Below, piece after piece: positions 16,107 through 23,923 of a stretch of 41,807 bases of DNA. The stretch lies in the IMG/VR virus record IMGVR_UViG_3300045988_107913; one strand, written 5' to 3'. This stretch comes from a virus. Made by a program: the position numbers and the translations under genes. Positions within the stretch are counted from its first letter, which is position 1. Each line of letters opens with the position of its first letter. Below the pieces are notes generated by a model. The model made no database searches. It was not told the DNA's origin and saw nothing but the letters and a program-made list of their open reading frames with translations.

Positions 16107-16448
16107 ATGGAAGTGATTATACACTATGTAACTGCATACTGGGTCTCATGGCTGTTTGGCCTTATGTCAGTATTGCTTTCTGGGGCATATCATAAATTGT
16201 CTAAACAATTAAAATCAGAACGCACCCGAACAAATGCAATCAATGAGGGAGTTTTGGCGCTCCTCCATGACCGACTTTATCAGGCCTGCACCTTTTATTT
16301 AAAACGCAAATACTGCACACTGGAAGATAGAGACAATCTTGAGTATATGTTTAAGCCATACAAGGCACTTGGGGGAAATGGAACCGGCGAGGATCTTTAT
16401 AACAGATGTTTGGCTCTGCCATATGAGCCAAGAGAAAGCGAGGTGTGA
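16107..16448 (+). CDS. N-terminally membrane-anchored conserved phage protein
   Basis: AGGAG RBS. TM segment YWVSWLFGLMSVLLSGAY followed by a soluble domain ...LHDRLYQACTFYL...YKALGGNGTG. Confidence 0.6.
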   Translation: MEVIIHYVTAYWVSWLFGLMSVLLSGAYHKLSKQLKSERTRTNAINEGVLALLHDRLYQACTFYLKRKYCTLEDRDNLEYMFKPYKALGGNGTGEDLYNRCLALPYEPRESEV

Positions 16449-16678
16449 TAAATCTCATCTTGAAAGTGTATGATTTTACAGTACCGGAGCTGAACAGCTT
16501 CCGGCAACTTGCGAATTTTACACCAGAAGAAAGAGCTTTATTTGAATACCGGGCCGCAGGTGTACCAATGGAGATCTGCGCAGAAAACATGAATGTGAGC
16601 CTATCTACTGCGAAGCGAATCAGCCGCCGCGTGAACTCCAAAATAATACGTGTTTGTGATACTTTATCAAGCCTTTGA
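16445..16678 (+). CDS. Small sigma-70 region-4-like HTH regulator
   Basis: FTPEERALFEYRAAGVPMEICAENMNVSLSTAKRISRRV. GTGA overlap with the previous gene. Confidence 0.55.
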   Translation: MINLILKVYDFTVPELNSFRQLANFTPEERALFEYRAAGVPMEICAENMNVSLSTAKRISRRVNSKIIRVCDTLSSL

Positions 16679-16702
16679 CGAACTGTCAGAGGCTTATTTT
16701 TT
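16669..16702 (+). terminator. Rho-independent terminator inside the head module
   Basis: 11-bp stem AAGCCTTTGAC / GTCAGAGGCTT with one G-U pair, loop GAACT, then ATTTTTT. Confidence 0.7.
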
Positions 16703-16791
16703 ATGCAAAAATATAGGCATGGAAGATGAAATAGAAATCCCTATCGTAACCGATTACCGCGATATATTAAAGTTTTTGGAGGGAATCGAAA

Positions 16792-17259
16792 ATGGCAGCA
16801 TATCCGAACATGTATCAGCCATACCAGCCGTATCAAGACCGTATGGCGCAGATAAACCAATACCAGCCCGTCCCGCAGCCGATGGCAGCGCCGACAAATA
16901 ACCAGGGAATACTCTGGGTCCAGGGCGAGACCGGGGCGAAGTCTTACCTTGTTGCGCCTGGATCATGTGTACTGCTGATGGATAGTGAAGCGGAGCGTTT
17001 TTACATCAAATCAACGGATGTTTCCGGTATGCCTCAGCCACTCCGTGTATTTGAGTACCATGAAATAAACAGCAGAATGCCGCATAAGCAGCCTGAAGCC
17101 GTCATGAATGATATGTATGTTACGCGTAAAGAGTACCAGGATCTTTTTGATAAATACAACGAGATTCTGGACAAGATAAATTCATTTCCAGCAAGTGGCG
17201 GCTCTACTGCCAAACCAGAGAGCCGGAGACCAAAGGGAGGTGCGGCAGCAGATGAGTAA
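16792..17259 (+). CDS. Hypothetical protein with P/Q/Y-rich N-terminus
   Basis: GGAGGG RBS. MAAYPNMYQPYQPYQDRMAQINQYQPVPQP... followed by WVQGETGAKSYLVAPGSCVLLMDSE. Confidence 0.6.
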   Translation: MAAYPNMYQPYQPYQDRMAQINQYQPVPQPMAAPTNNQGILWVQGETGAKSYLVAPGSCVLLMDSEAERFYIKSTDVSGMPQPLRVFEYHEINSRMPHKQPEAVMNDMYVTRKEYQDLFDKYNEILDKINSFPASGGSTAKPESRRPKGGAAADE

Positions 17260-17476
17260 CCCGTTATTCCAAATGTTTGGCGGCGGCATGCCGATTGGTG
17301 GCAACGGCCCTATGCAGATGATACAGCAGTTTATGCAGTTTAAGCAGAGCTTCAAAGGAGACCCAAAAGAAGAGGTGCAAAAGATGCTACAATCTGGTCG
17401 CATTTCGCAGGCACAGCTTAACCAGGCACAGCAAATGGCGCATCAGTTTCAAAGCATGCTGCGCGGAATGAAATAG
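17252..17476 (+). CDS. Small Q/M-rich hypothetical protein (74 aa)
   Basis: GGGAGGTG RBS precedes ATG 17252, which overlaps the upstream stop region. Confidence 0.55.
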   Translation: MSNPLFQMFGGGMPIGGNGPMQMIQQFMQFKQSFKGDPKEEVQKMLQSGRISQAQLNQAQQMAHQFQSMLRGMK

Positions 17477-17523
17477 TACATTATCCCGGCCGGGAATGTA
17501 AATAAATCAAAGGAGATATCAAA

Positions 17524-18294
17524 ATGGATGGAACTTACAGCTTAGCCGATATTGCGGCAGCTACCGGATCAAACCACAACAATGACGGTATGTGGGGTGG
17601 AGACGGTGCATGGTGGATTATTATCCTGTTCCTGTTCGTGTTCTGCGGATGGGGCAACGGCAATGGCTGGGGAAACGGCGGAGGTGGAGCAGCCGGAAGC
17701 GCATACACCGATTCTGCAATCCAGCGTGGCTTTGACAACCAGGCAGTTATCAGCAAACTGGACGGCCTGTCCAGCGGCCTGTGTGATGGCTTCTATGCCA
17801 TGAATAACGGTATGCTTACCGGATTCAACGGCATCAATACAAACGTCATGCAGACTGGTTTCGGCATCCAGCAGGCTATTAACGCCGACACTGTAGCCAA
17901 CATGCAGAACACTAACGCACTCCAGGCGCAGCTTGCTCAGTGTTGTTGCGAGACCCGGGAAGCAATCCAGGGCGTAAATTACAACATGGCGCAGAACACC
18001 TGTGCACTCCAGAACACCATGAACAGCAACACCAGAGACATTATTGACAGCCAGAACGCCGGAACAAGGGCAATCCTTGATTACCTTTGCAATGAAAAGA
18101 TTTCTAATCTGCAGGCTGAAAACAATGATCTCAGACGCGCTGCATCTCAGGATCGTCAGAGTGCATTGCTTACTACCGCTATGGCAGCACAGACCCAGCA
18201 GCTCATTAATGCGATCAATCCGGCACCGATTCCGGCTTACCAGGTGCCGAACCCGAACGTATACTATGGCTGTAACACTGGTTGCAACTGCTGA
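17524..18294 (+). CDS. Single-pass membrane protein: Gly/Trp/Asn-rich juxtamembrane segment, Q/N-rich domain, Cys-rich tail
   Basis: AAAGGAG RBS. WWIIILFLFVFCGWGNGNGWGNGGGGAAG ... QCCCETRE ... YYGCNTGCNC. Confidence 0.65.
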   Translation: MDGTYSLADIAAATGSNHNNDGMWGGDGAWWIIILFLFVFCGWGNGNGWGNGGGGAAGSAYTDSAIQRGFDNQAVISKLDGLSSGLCDGFYAMNNGMLTGFNGINTNVMQTGFGIQQAINADTVANMQNTNALQAQLAQCCCETREAIQGVNYNMAQNTCALQNTMNSNTRDIIDSQNAGTRAILDYLCNEKISNLQAENNDLRRAASQDRQSALLTTAMAAQTQQLINAINPAPIPAYQVPNPNVYYGCNTGCNC

Positions 18295-18378
18295 AAACCT
18301 CATATCTGTATCTTCTGATGTTTTGTTTACCTCAACAAGACATTGGATGTTCGGCCAAGAGCCGGTATTACGCAAATC

Positions 18379-18401
18379 GGCAGGCTCAGTCCTGCCTTTT
18401 T
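18379..18401 (+). terminator. Rho-independent terminator
   Basis: GGCAGG-CTCAGT-CCTGCC followed by TTTTT. Confidence 0.65.
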
Positions 18402-18426
18402 GCGATATGAAAAAGGAGAAAACAAT

Positions 18427-18849
18427 ATGGCTGAATATGTAGCTGTTGCCGCTCAGGATGTGGCAGCGAATGGAAATGTAGTATATACCAACACAGCGGT
18501 AAAAGGGACCGCATGTGTTCAGCACCGGGAGGGAAGCGGAATAGTTACTCTCAGAGGAATGACGAACCAGTGTAAGGCCCGCTATTTTGTGGCCTTTTCT
18601 GCAAATATTGCCGTTCCGACCGGAGGGACAGCAGAAGCAATCTCCCTTGCAATCGCGATCGGCGGCGAACCGGTCTTATCATCTCAGATGATATCCACTC
18701 CTGCGGTGGTGGAAGCGTTTAACAACGTATCCGCAGGTATCTTTATTGATGTGCCGCGTGGGTGCTGCTCAAATATTGCAGTGGAGAACACCAGCACGCA
18801 GGCTATAACCGTAGCAAACGCAAATCTTGTGGTAACACGGGTAGCATAA
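18427..18849 (+). CDS. BclA-C-terminal-domain-like (C1q/TNF-like jelly-roll) protein without a collagen stalk
   Basis: AAAGGAGAA RBS. The beta-strand pattern NVVYTNTAV...GIVTLRG...YFVAFSANIAVPTGG...ISLAIAIGGEPV...IAVENTSTQAITVANANLVVTRV resembles BclA/exosporium C-terminal domains. Confidence 0.5.
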   Translation: MAEYVAVAAQDVAANGNVVYTNTAVKGTACVQHREGSGIVTLRGMTNQCKARYFVAFSANIAVPTGGTAEAISLAIAIGGEPVLSSQMISTPAVVEAFNNVSAGIFIDVPRGCCSNIAVENTSTQAITVANANLVVTRVA

Positions 18850-18858
18850 GGAGGCGGG

Positions 18859-19410
18859 ATGATGAGAGATATTAAAGATCTGTGCGCACGAATTGAAGAT
18901 GAAATATCCAATATCGCAGAAAAAGGCCTCACCTCTGGCAATCTGGACACCGCCTTTAAGTTGATTGATATGTATAAGGATATCAAAAACACAGAGTACT
19001 GGGATAAAAAGGGCGAGTATTATATGACCGTGCTGGATCAGATGCGTGACGGTGTAGGTGATTACAGTGAACGCCGTGGACGAGACAGCATGGGCCGTTA
19101 CAGTTCTTCTGATGGCCGGATGATGCCGGACTATGACCGCGGTGCATCTTACATGCGCCGCGGGGAACATTATGTGCGAGGGCATTACAGCCGCAATGAT
19201 GGACGGGATGCTTACGATGATTACATGACCCAGAAACAGAGCTACCGCTCTGGAAAATCCGAAGACTGCAAGCGCAAGATGCTTGCCGCACTGGAAGAGC
19301 ATCTGGATGGGTTGACCGCTGAGATTGGGGACATGTCAAAGGACGCGGAGTGCCGAGAAGAACGTGACCTTGTGAAGCGATATGTTGATAAACTTAGAGA
19401 TATGTTATAA
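18859..19410 (+). CDS. Hypothetical protein with helical ends and an R/D/Y/G-rich low-complexity centre
   Basis: AAGGAGG RBS. 183-aa ORF. Confidence 0.6.
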   Translation: MMRDIKDLCARIEDEISNIAEKGLTSGNLDTAFKLIDMYKDIKNTEYWDKKGEYYMTVLDQMRDGVGDYSERRGRDSMGRYSSSDGRMMPDYDRGASYMRRGEHYVRGHYSRNDGRDAYDDYMTQKQSYRSGKSEDCKRKMLAALEEHLDGLTAEIGDMSKDAECREERDLVKRYVDKLRDML

Positions 19411-19505
19411 ACGTGTGGATAGCTTACATACGGATAAATGGTACATTATAAGTGCAGCAAAGATTAACCTCCTGTGAATCTTTTCTAGCCAATTTACACC
19501 TCCCG

Positions 19506-19605
19506 CGCACGCCCTTAATATAAACGGGTTATCCCGGAGGTTAAAAGCGGGCGAAATTCCCGGCGTGCGTATTTGCCATACCAATGGCACGGATTTTTGT
19601 TTTTG
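19506..19605 (+). ncRNA. Candidate structured RNA: three-way junction followed by a terminator-like hairpin
   Basis: P1 CGCACGCC (19506-13) pairs with GGCGTGCG (19562-69) and encloses hairpins CGGG-TTAT-CCCG and GGG-CGAAATT-CCC. TGCCAT-ACCA-ATGGCA plus a T-rich tract follows (19574-19605). Confidence 0.3.
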
Positions 19606-19761
19606 GCAAAATCCTCCTTTCCCCTCATAGCTGATAGGCTGTTAAGGCGGCTTACGACCGCCGTGAGGGTTCTTGCTGTTCACCCCTAGCCAATGCAGCA
19701 AGACTTTTTCACATCGACTTCTTTCTTAAAACACCGGCTACATATTGCAACCGGTATTTTA

Positions 19762-19834
19762 GGACCGTTAGCTCAGCGGTGAGAGCGCCCGGCTCATAAC
19801 CGGGTGGTCTGGGGTTCGAATCCCTGACGGTCCA
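19762..19834 (+). tRNA. tRNA with CAU anticodon (elongator Met or lysidine-type Ile2), 73 nt, no encoded CCA
   Basis: Cloverleaf folded by hand: acceptor GGACCGT/ACGGTCC, D arm GCTC/GAGC, anticodon arm CCCGG-CTCATAA-CCGGG, T arm TGGGG-TTCGAAT-CCCTG. It has a G1:C72 pair and no GGG/CCC anticodon-stem run, so it is not an initiator. Confidence 0.9.
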
Positions 19835-19912
19835 TTACCCCGCCCGTGGTCTATCGGGCTTAATCCATTTACCTGCGGCGGCAGGTCAATAAACACGGCC
19901 AGGAGGATAGAT

Positions 19913-20545
19913 ATGCAGAAACTTATTGAAACACTTGGATCATTTGGCATCGAGATTCCGGAGGATAAGCAGGCAGATGTGAAAAAAGCACTGTCTGAGC
20001 ATTACAAAAACGCCGGAGAGGTTACGAAAACACTCACTAAGGTAGAGGGTGAGCGTGATTCCTGGAAAGAACGTGCAGAGACAGCAGAAAACACTCTTAA
20101 GAGTTTTGAGGGAATTGACCCGGAAAGCATTAAGGGTGAGCTTGCAACCTGGAAACAGAAAGCGGCAGATGCAGAGAAAGAGTATAACGACAAGATCTAT
20201 GAAAGAGATTTTGCGGATGCTCTCAAAACCGCACTGGAAGATGTTAAATTCTCTTCCACATCGGCGAAAAAGGCGGTTATGGCTGATATCAAGGATGCCG
20301 GTCTTAAGCTTAAGGACGGAAAGATTCTTGGCCTTAATGACCTGTTGGAGCAGATGAAGAAAGACGATGCATCTGCGTTTGTTGACGATGATCAGCAGGA
20401 GGCATTGCAGAGCCAGGCAAGATTTACTACTGGTATCACACATAACAACAAGCCGGGAAAGATGACAAAGGCAGATATCATGAATATCAAGGATGCCGGA
20501 GAACGTCAGGCTGCCATTGCAAGCAACATGTCACTGTTTGAGTGA
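19913..20545 (+). CDS. Scaffolding protein (GP20-like)
   Basis: Charged coiled-coil-rich 210-aa protein directly upstream of the major capsid gene. AGGAGG RBS. Confidence 0.75.
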   Translation: MQKLIETLGSFGIEIPEDKQADVKKALSEHYKNAGEVTKTLTKVEGERDSWKERAETAENTLKSFEGIDPESIKGELATWKQKAADAEKEYNDKIYERDFADALKTALEDVKFSSTSAKKAVMADIKDAGLKLKDGKILGLNDLLEQMKKDDASAFVDDDQQEALQSQARFTTGITHNNKPGKMTKADIMNIKDAGERQAAIASNMSLFE

Positions 20546-20625
20546 TCCAATTACCGGCCATGCGTATTGAGCGTGGTCGCTGACCTACACACCTTTTAAC
20601 AGCTATAGGTAGAAAGGATTTTTTT

Positions 20626-21795
20626 ATGGCAAAAAATAACCTTACTAAACAGGAAAACATCCAGGTTCGCGCTCGCGAAGTGGATTTTGTCACCCGGTTC
20701 GAAAGAAACTGGGAGCACCTGCGTGAAATTCTTGGCGTGCTGAGAATGATTGAGAAAGACCCGGGGTCTACTCTTAAATCTAAGTACGCACAGGGCAAAC
20801 TTGAAAGTGGCCTTGTTGGAGAAGGCGAGGAAATCCCGTACTCCAAATTCGAGGTCAAGGAAAAGAGTTACGCAGAGATCACCGTAGAGAAGTATGCAAA
20901 AGCGGTGTCTATCGAAGCTATCAAGACTTACGGCTACGATGTTGCCGTGGAGATGACTGACGATGAGTTTCTTTTCGAACTCCAGACCGATGTTACCGGA
21001 CGGTTTTACACCTATCTTAAGACCGGAAGCCTTACCTCTACTGAGAGTACCTTCCAGATGGCTCTTGCTATGGCAAAAGGCCGCGTTGAGGATAAGTTCA
21101 AGCAGATGCACAGATCTATCCCGAACGGAATTGTTGGCTTTGTGAACGGTCTGGATGTGTATGAGTACATCGGTGCGGCAAACATCACCGTGCAGAATCA
21201 GTTCGGCTTCCAGTATGTTAAGGACTTCATGGGATTCAATACCATATTCCTGCTGTCTGAGAGCGAGATTCCGCGCGGCAAGGTCATTGCTACTCCGGTA
21301 GACAACATTGTGCTGTACTATGTTGACCCGAGTGATTCCGACTTTACGAAGGCCGGACTGGTTTACACCGTGGCAGGCGAGACCCCTCTGATCGGCTTCC
21401 ACACTCAGGGTAACTACCACACCGCAGTTTCCGAAGCGTTTGCGATTATGGGTATGGTTCTGTTTGCAGAGTACCTGGACGGCATCTCTGTTATCAGCTT
21501 CGGCGGCTCTGAAACCCTTGGTGATCTGACTGTGGCTTCCGCAGCAGGCACCGATAGCGGAACCACTAAGCTGACCGTTACCCCGGCAAAGGGGAATGAG
21601 GGCAATGTATACAAATACAAGGTTGCATCCAGTCAGACAACCGTGGAGTATGGCCAGAATGTAAAGAACTGGAGCGCATGGGACGGCAAGTCCGATATTA
21701 CAGCTGCAACCGGGCAGGTTATCACGGTAGTTGAGTGTGACAGCACCTATAAGGCACTGAGCGCAGGACATGCGACAGTAACCGCAAAGGCGTAA
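20626..21795 (+). CDS. Major capsid protein, probably with a C-terminal Ig-like domain
   Basis: Position after the scaffold gene, 389 aa. N-terminus MAKNNLTKQENIQVRAREVDFVTRFERNWEHL is typical of this capsid family. The C-terminal ~90 aa (TKLTVTPAKG...VITVVECD...ATVTAKA) look Ig-like. Confidence 0.85.
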   Translation: MAKNNLTKQENIQVRAREVDFVTRFERNWEHLREILGVLRMIEKDPGSTLKSKYAQGKLESGLVGEGEEIPYSKFEVKEKSYAEITVEKYAKAVSIEAIKTYGYDVAVEMTDDEFLFELQTDVTGRFYTYLKTGSLTSTESTFQMALAMAKGRVEDKFKQMHRSIPNGIVGFVNGLDVYEYIGAANITVQNQFGFQYVKDFMGFNTIFLLSESEIPRGKVIATPVDNIVLYYVDPSDSDFTKAGLVYTVAGETPLIGFHTQGNYHTAVSEAFAIMGMVLFAEYLDGISVISFGGSETLGDLTVASAAGTDSGTTKLTVTPAKGNEGNVYKYKVASSQTTVEYGQNVKNWSAWDGKSDITAATGQVITVVECDSTYKALSAGHATVTAKA

Positions 21796-21808
21796 GGAGG
21801 GTTCCGGC

Positions 21809-22303
21809 ATGGCATATGCAGACTATGAGTTTTACAAAACATCATTTTTCGGCAATGTCGTGCCGGAATCTGATTTTATGCGGCTGGCTGAGAGGGCGAG
21901 CAACTTTATTGACCGCTTGACCTTTGACCGGCTGGCAGACGGATTACCGTCCGATGATCGGCAGCAGAAGCGTATAAAAAAGGCGGTCTGCGCCGTTGCA
22001 GAAATGTTGTATCAGATTGATGTGGCTGAGAAAAATGCATTATCAGCGGCGAACGGAACATCAGTCTCTATCCCTGGCGGCGGCACCGCTACTGGCATTG
22101 TAACCTCTGTATCATCTGGCAGTGAATCCATTTCCTACGCCACGCCTCAGCAGATCGGAGCAAGTGCAAAGGAATGGAGCGCCGTGTATGCCGCCGCCGG
22201 AGACGTACAGAAAACGAACGACTTACTTCTTAAGACAGCTTTGCCACTTCTAATGGGAGTAAGGACAGATGATGGAATACCAGTTTTGTATGCAGGAGTG
22301 TGA
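21809..22303 (+). CDS. Head-tail connector/adaptor protein
   Basis: The N-terminus YADYEFYKTSFFGNVVPESDFMRLAERASNFIDRLTFDRL is typical of gp6-like adaptors. Synteny supports the call. Confidence 0.6.
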   Translation: MAYADYEFYKTSFFGNVVPESDFMRLAERASNFIDRLTFDRLADGLPSDDRQQKRIKKAVCAVAEMLYQIDVAEKNALSAANGTSVSIPGGGTATGIVTSVSSGSESISYATPQQIGASAKEWSAVYAAAGDVQKTNDLLLKTALPLLMGVRTDDGIPVLYAGV

Positions 22304-22305
22304 AT

Positions 22306-22599
22306 ATGAAGTTTAGAAAAAAGCCTGTTATCATTGAAGCATTTAAGTATGATGGTGATCTGAAAGACCGGAACGGCTTGTTTTACGTTCCATTTTGGGC
22401 GCAAGAAGCTTATAAGAAAGGCATTATGTATTACGGCGCAGAAACTTGTGATTTACCTCCGTGTGAGCTGTATATCGAAACATTAGAGGGAACACATCAT
22501 GTTTCTGTTGGAGACTATATTATCCAGGGCGTAAACGGAGAACTTTATCCGTGCAAGCCAGATATCTTTGAAAAAACTTATGAGGAGGTGAAAGAGTAA
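22306..22599 (+). CDS. Conserved small phage protein of unknown function
   Basis: The pattern KKPVIIEAFKY...TLEGTHHVSVGDYIIQGVNGELYPCKPDIFEKTYE is widespread in phages. Confidence 0.55.
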   Translation: MKFRKKPVIIEAFKYDGDLKDRNGLFYVPFWAQEAYKKGIMYYGAETCDLPPCELYIETLEGTHHVSVGDYIIQGVNGELYPCKPDIFEKTYEEVKE

Positions 22600-22922
22600 T
22601 GGAAGCATTATTCGCAAACATGACCGTGATTCTGGCAGTGATCGGGATTCTGGCTTTTTGCGTATCGGTCATCACCCAGGTATTTAAGGGTGTAGGTGTC
22701 CTGTCAAGGATTCCGACCGATGCGCTGGTGTTCGTTCTTTCCATCGGTATTACTGTAGCCGCTTTTGTGGCATACATGCAGTATATCCAGATGCAGATAT
22801 TATGGTACATGATTCTGGCAGCTATCATGGCAGGCTTTATCGTTGCCTTTGTGGCTATGTATGGCTGGGAAAAGCTCACGGAGCTGTGGAAAAGAATGAG
22901 TAAGACTGACATTAAAAAGTAA
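22599..22922 (+). CDS. Holin (three TM helices, charged C-terminus; Hol44-like)
   Basis: Hydrophobic segments at about residues 8-27, 41-59 and 66-87, followed by KLTELWKRMSKTDIKK. Confidence 0.65.
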   Translation: MEALFANMTVILAVIGILAFCVSVITQVFKGVGVLSRIPTDALVFVLSIGITVAAFVAYMQYIQMQILWYMILAAIMAGFIVAFVAMYGWEKLTELWKRMSKTDIKK

Positions 22923-22942
22923 TGATCGTCGGGTGATAAAAC

Positions 22943-23404
22943 ATGTATGACAAAACGATAACGGTTTTTAACGGGTATGCCTCAAAAACCACAGGAAAAT
23001 CATACTGGTATCCGCACATCCTGTCCGGCGTTGATCTGATAACCGACCACGGCGCAATACTGAAAAAGTATGGCCCGGACAGCACCGACAATGCCGCACT
23101 GCATATTGCTTACACCCCGAATGGGGAAAAGGTGATGGCGCAGCAGTCGGACGGTTCAGCGGTGCCGTGGTTGCCCCCGAAAGCATGGGCGGCGCAGGTA
23201 AATGATGATCTTCCGGACAGCATCACCTTCGGCCCAGAGGACTTTTTCTGGCAGGGTGAATGGACTGGTGGTGTGGTTGTGGATGATGATTACCGAAATG
23301 GTTTTTACCAGTACATGAACAGCAGCCGAGATAATGTTTACAAGATAACCAGTGTAGGTGGACCGTATACGGTTATCCCGCACTTTGAAATCTTAGGAAA
23401 GTAG
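22943..23404 (+). CDS. Head-tail joining / head-closure protein
   Basis: Called from synteny between the connector and tail genes. Confidence 0.5.
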   Translation: MYDKTITVFNGYASKTTGKSYWYPHILSGVDLITDHGAILKKYGPDSTDNAALHIAYTPNGEKVMAQQSDGSAVPWLPPKAWAAQVNDDLPDSITFGPEDFFWQGEWTGGVVVDDDYRNGFYQYMNSSRDNVYKITSVGGPYTVIPHFEILGK

Positions 23405-23425
23405 GCAGGTTTAAGGGGCGGTAAT

Positions 23426-23923
23426 ATGGCAAGGAGAAGCAAGCGCTTTTATCTCAAAAATCTGTCATACAATGTTGGCAGCATTCATCTGAAACTCGAT
23501 ACGTCCCGCTTTGAGCGGCAGTTTCAGCAAGCACAGTACTATCTGGACGGCGCTGTCATGAACAGTATGGTGCCGTATATGCCGATGGTAACGGGCAGCT
23601 TTATCAATACCACCCGTGCTGCCAGTGCGGCAGTACAGGGAAGCGGCTTTGTGTATGCCGGATATGGACCACAAGGGCGTTATCTGTACGAGGGTAAGGT
23701 TATGGTTGATGAACTGACCGGATCACCCTGGGCGCGGCGTGGAGCACGTAAGGTGCTTGTGAGTGAGTACACAGGCAAGACCAACGCACGAGAAAACATC
23801 ACTTACACGCACCAGGCACACCCAAAAGCACAGGATCACTGGTTTGATGCTGCGAAAGAGGCGGACGGAAAGACCTGGATTAAAGGCGTAAAACGCATAG
23901 CGGGAGGTAGTAAGCATGGATAA
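23426..23923 (+). CDS. Minor capsid / tail-completion protein
   Basis: Synteny, plus the N-terminal pattern KLDTSRFERQFQQAQYYLDGAVMNSMVPYMPMVTGSF seen in Minor_capsid-type proteins. Confidence 0.55.
   Translation: MARRSKRFYLKNLSYNVGSIHLKLDTSRFERQFQQAQYYLDGAVMNSMVPYMPMVTGSFINTTRAASAAVQGSGFVYAGYGPQGRYLYEGKVMVDELTGSPWARRGARKVLVSEYTGKTNARENITYTHQAHPKAQDHWFDAAKEADGKTWIKGVKRIAGGSKHG

Noticed and set aside
17569-18525. 318-aa minus-strand ORF
   Set aside because: It is antisense to the Q/N-rich membrane-protein gene and spans a plus-strand terminator. The open frame is explained by the codon bias of the sense gene. No start signals are present.
19621-19669. Second tRNA suggested by an anticodon-arm-like hairpin GGCGG-CTTACGA-CCGCC
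   Set aside because: The flanking helix CCCTCA/TGAGGG closes directly around it. No T arm or proper D arm can be drawn, so it is treated as part of the structured non-coding region.
20596-21810. 404-aa minus-strand ORF
   Set aside because: It is entirely antisense to the well-supported major capsid gene. It has no RBS, its composition is Cys/Leu/Arg-rich and junk-like, and it would break the co-directional structural operon.
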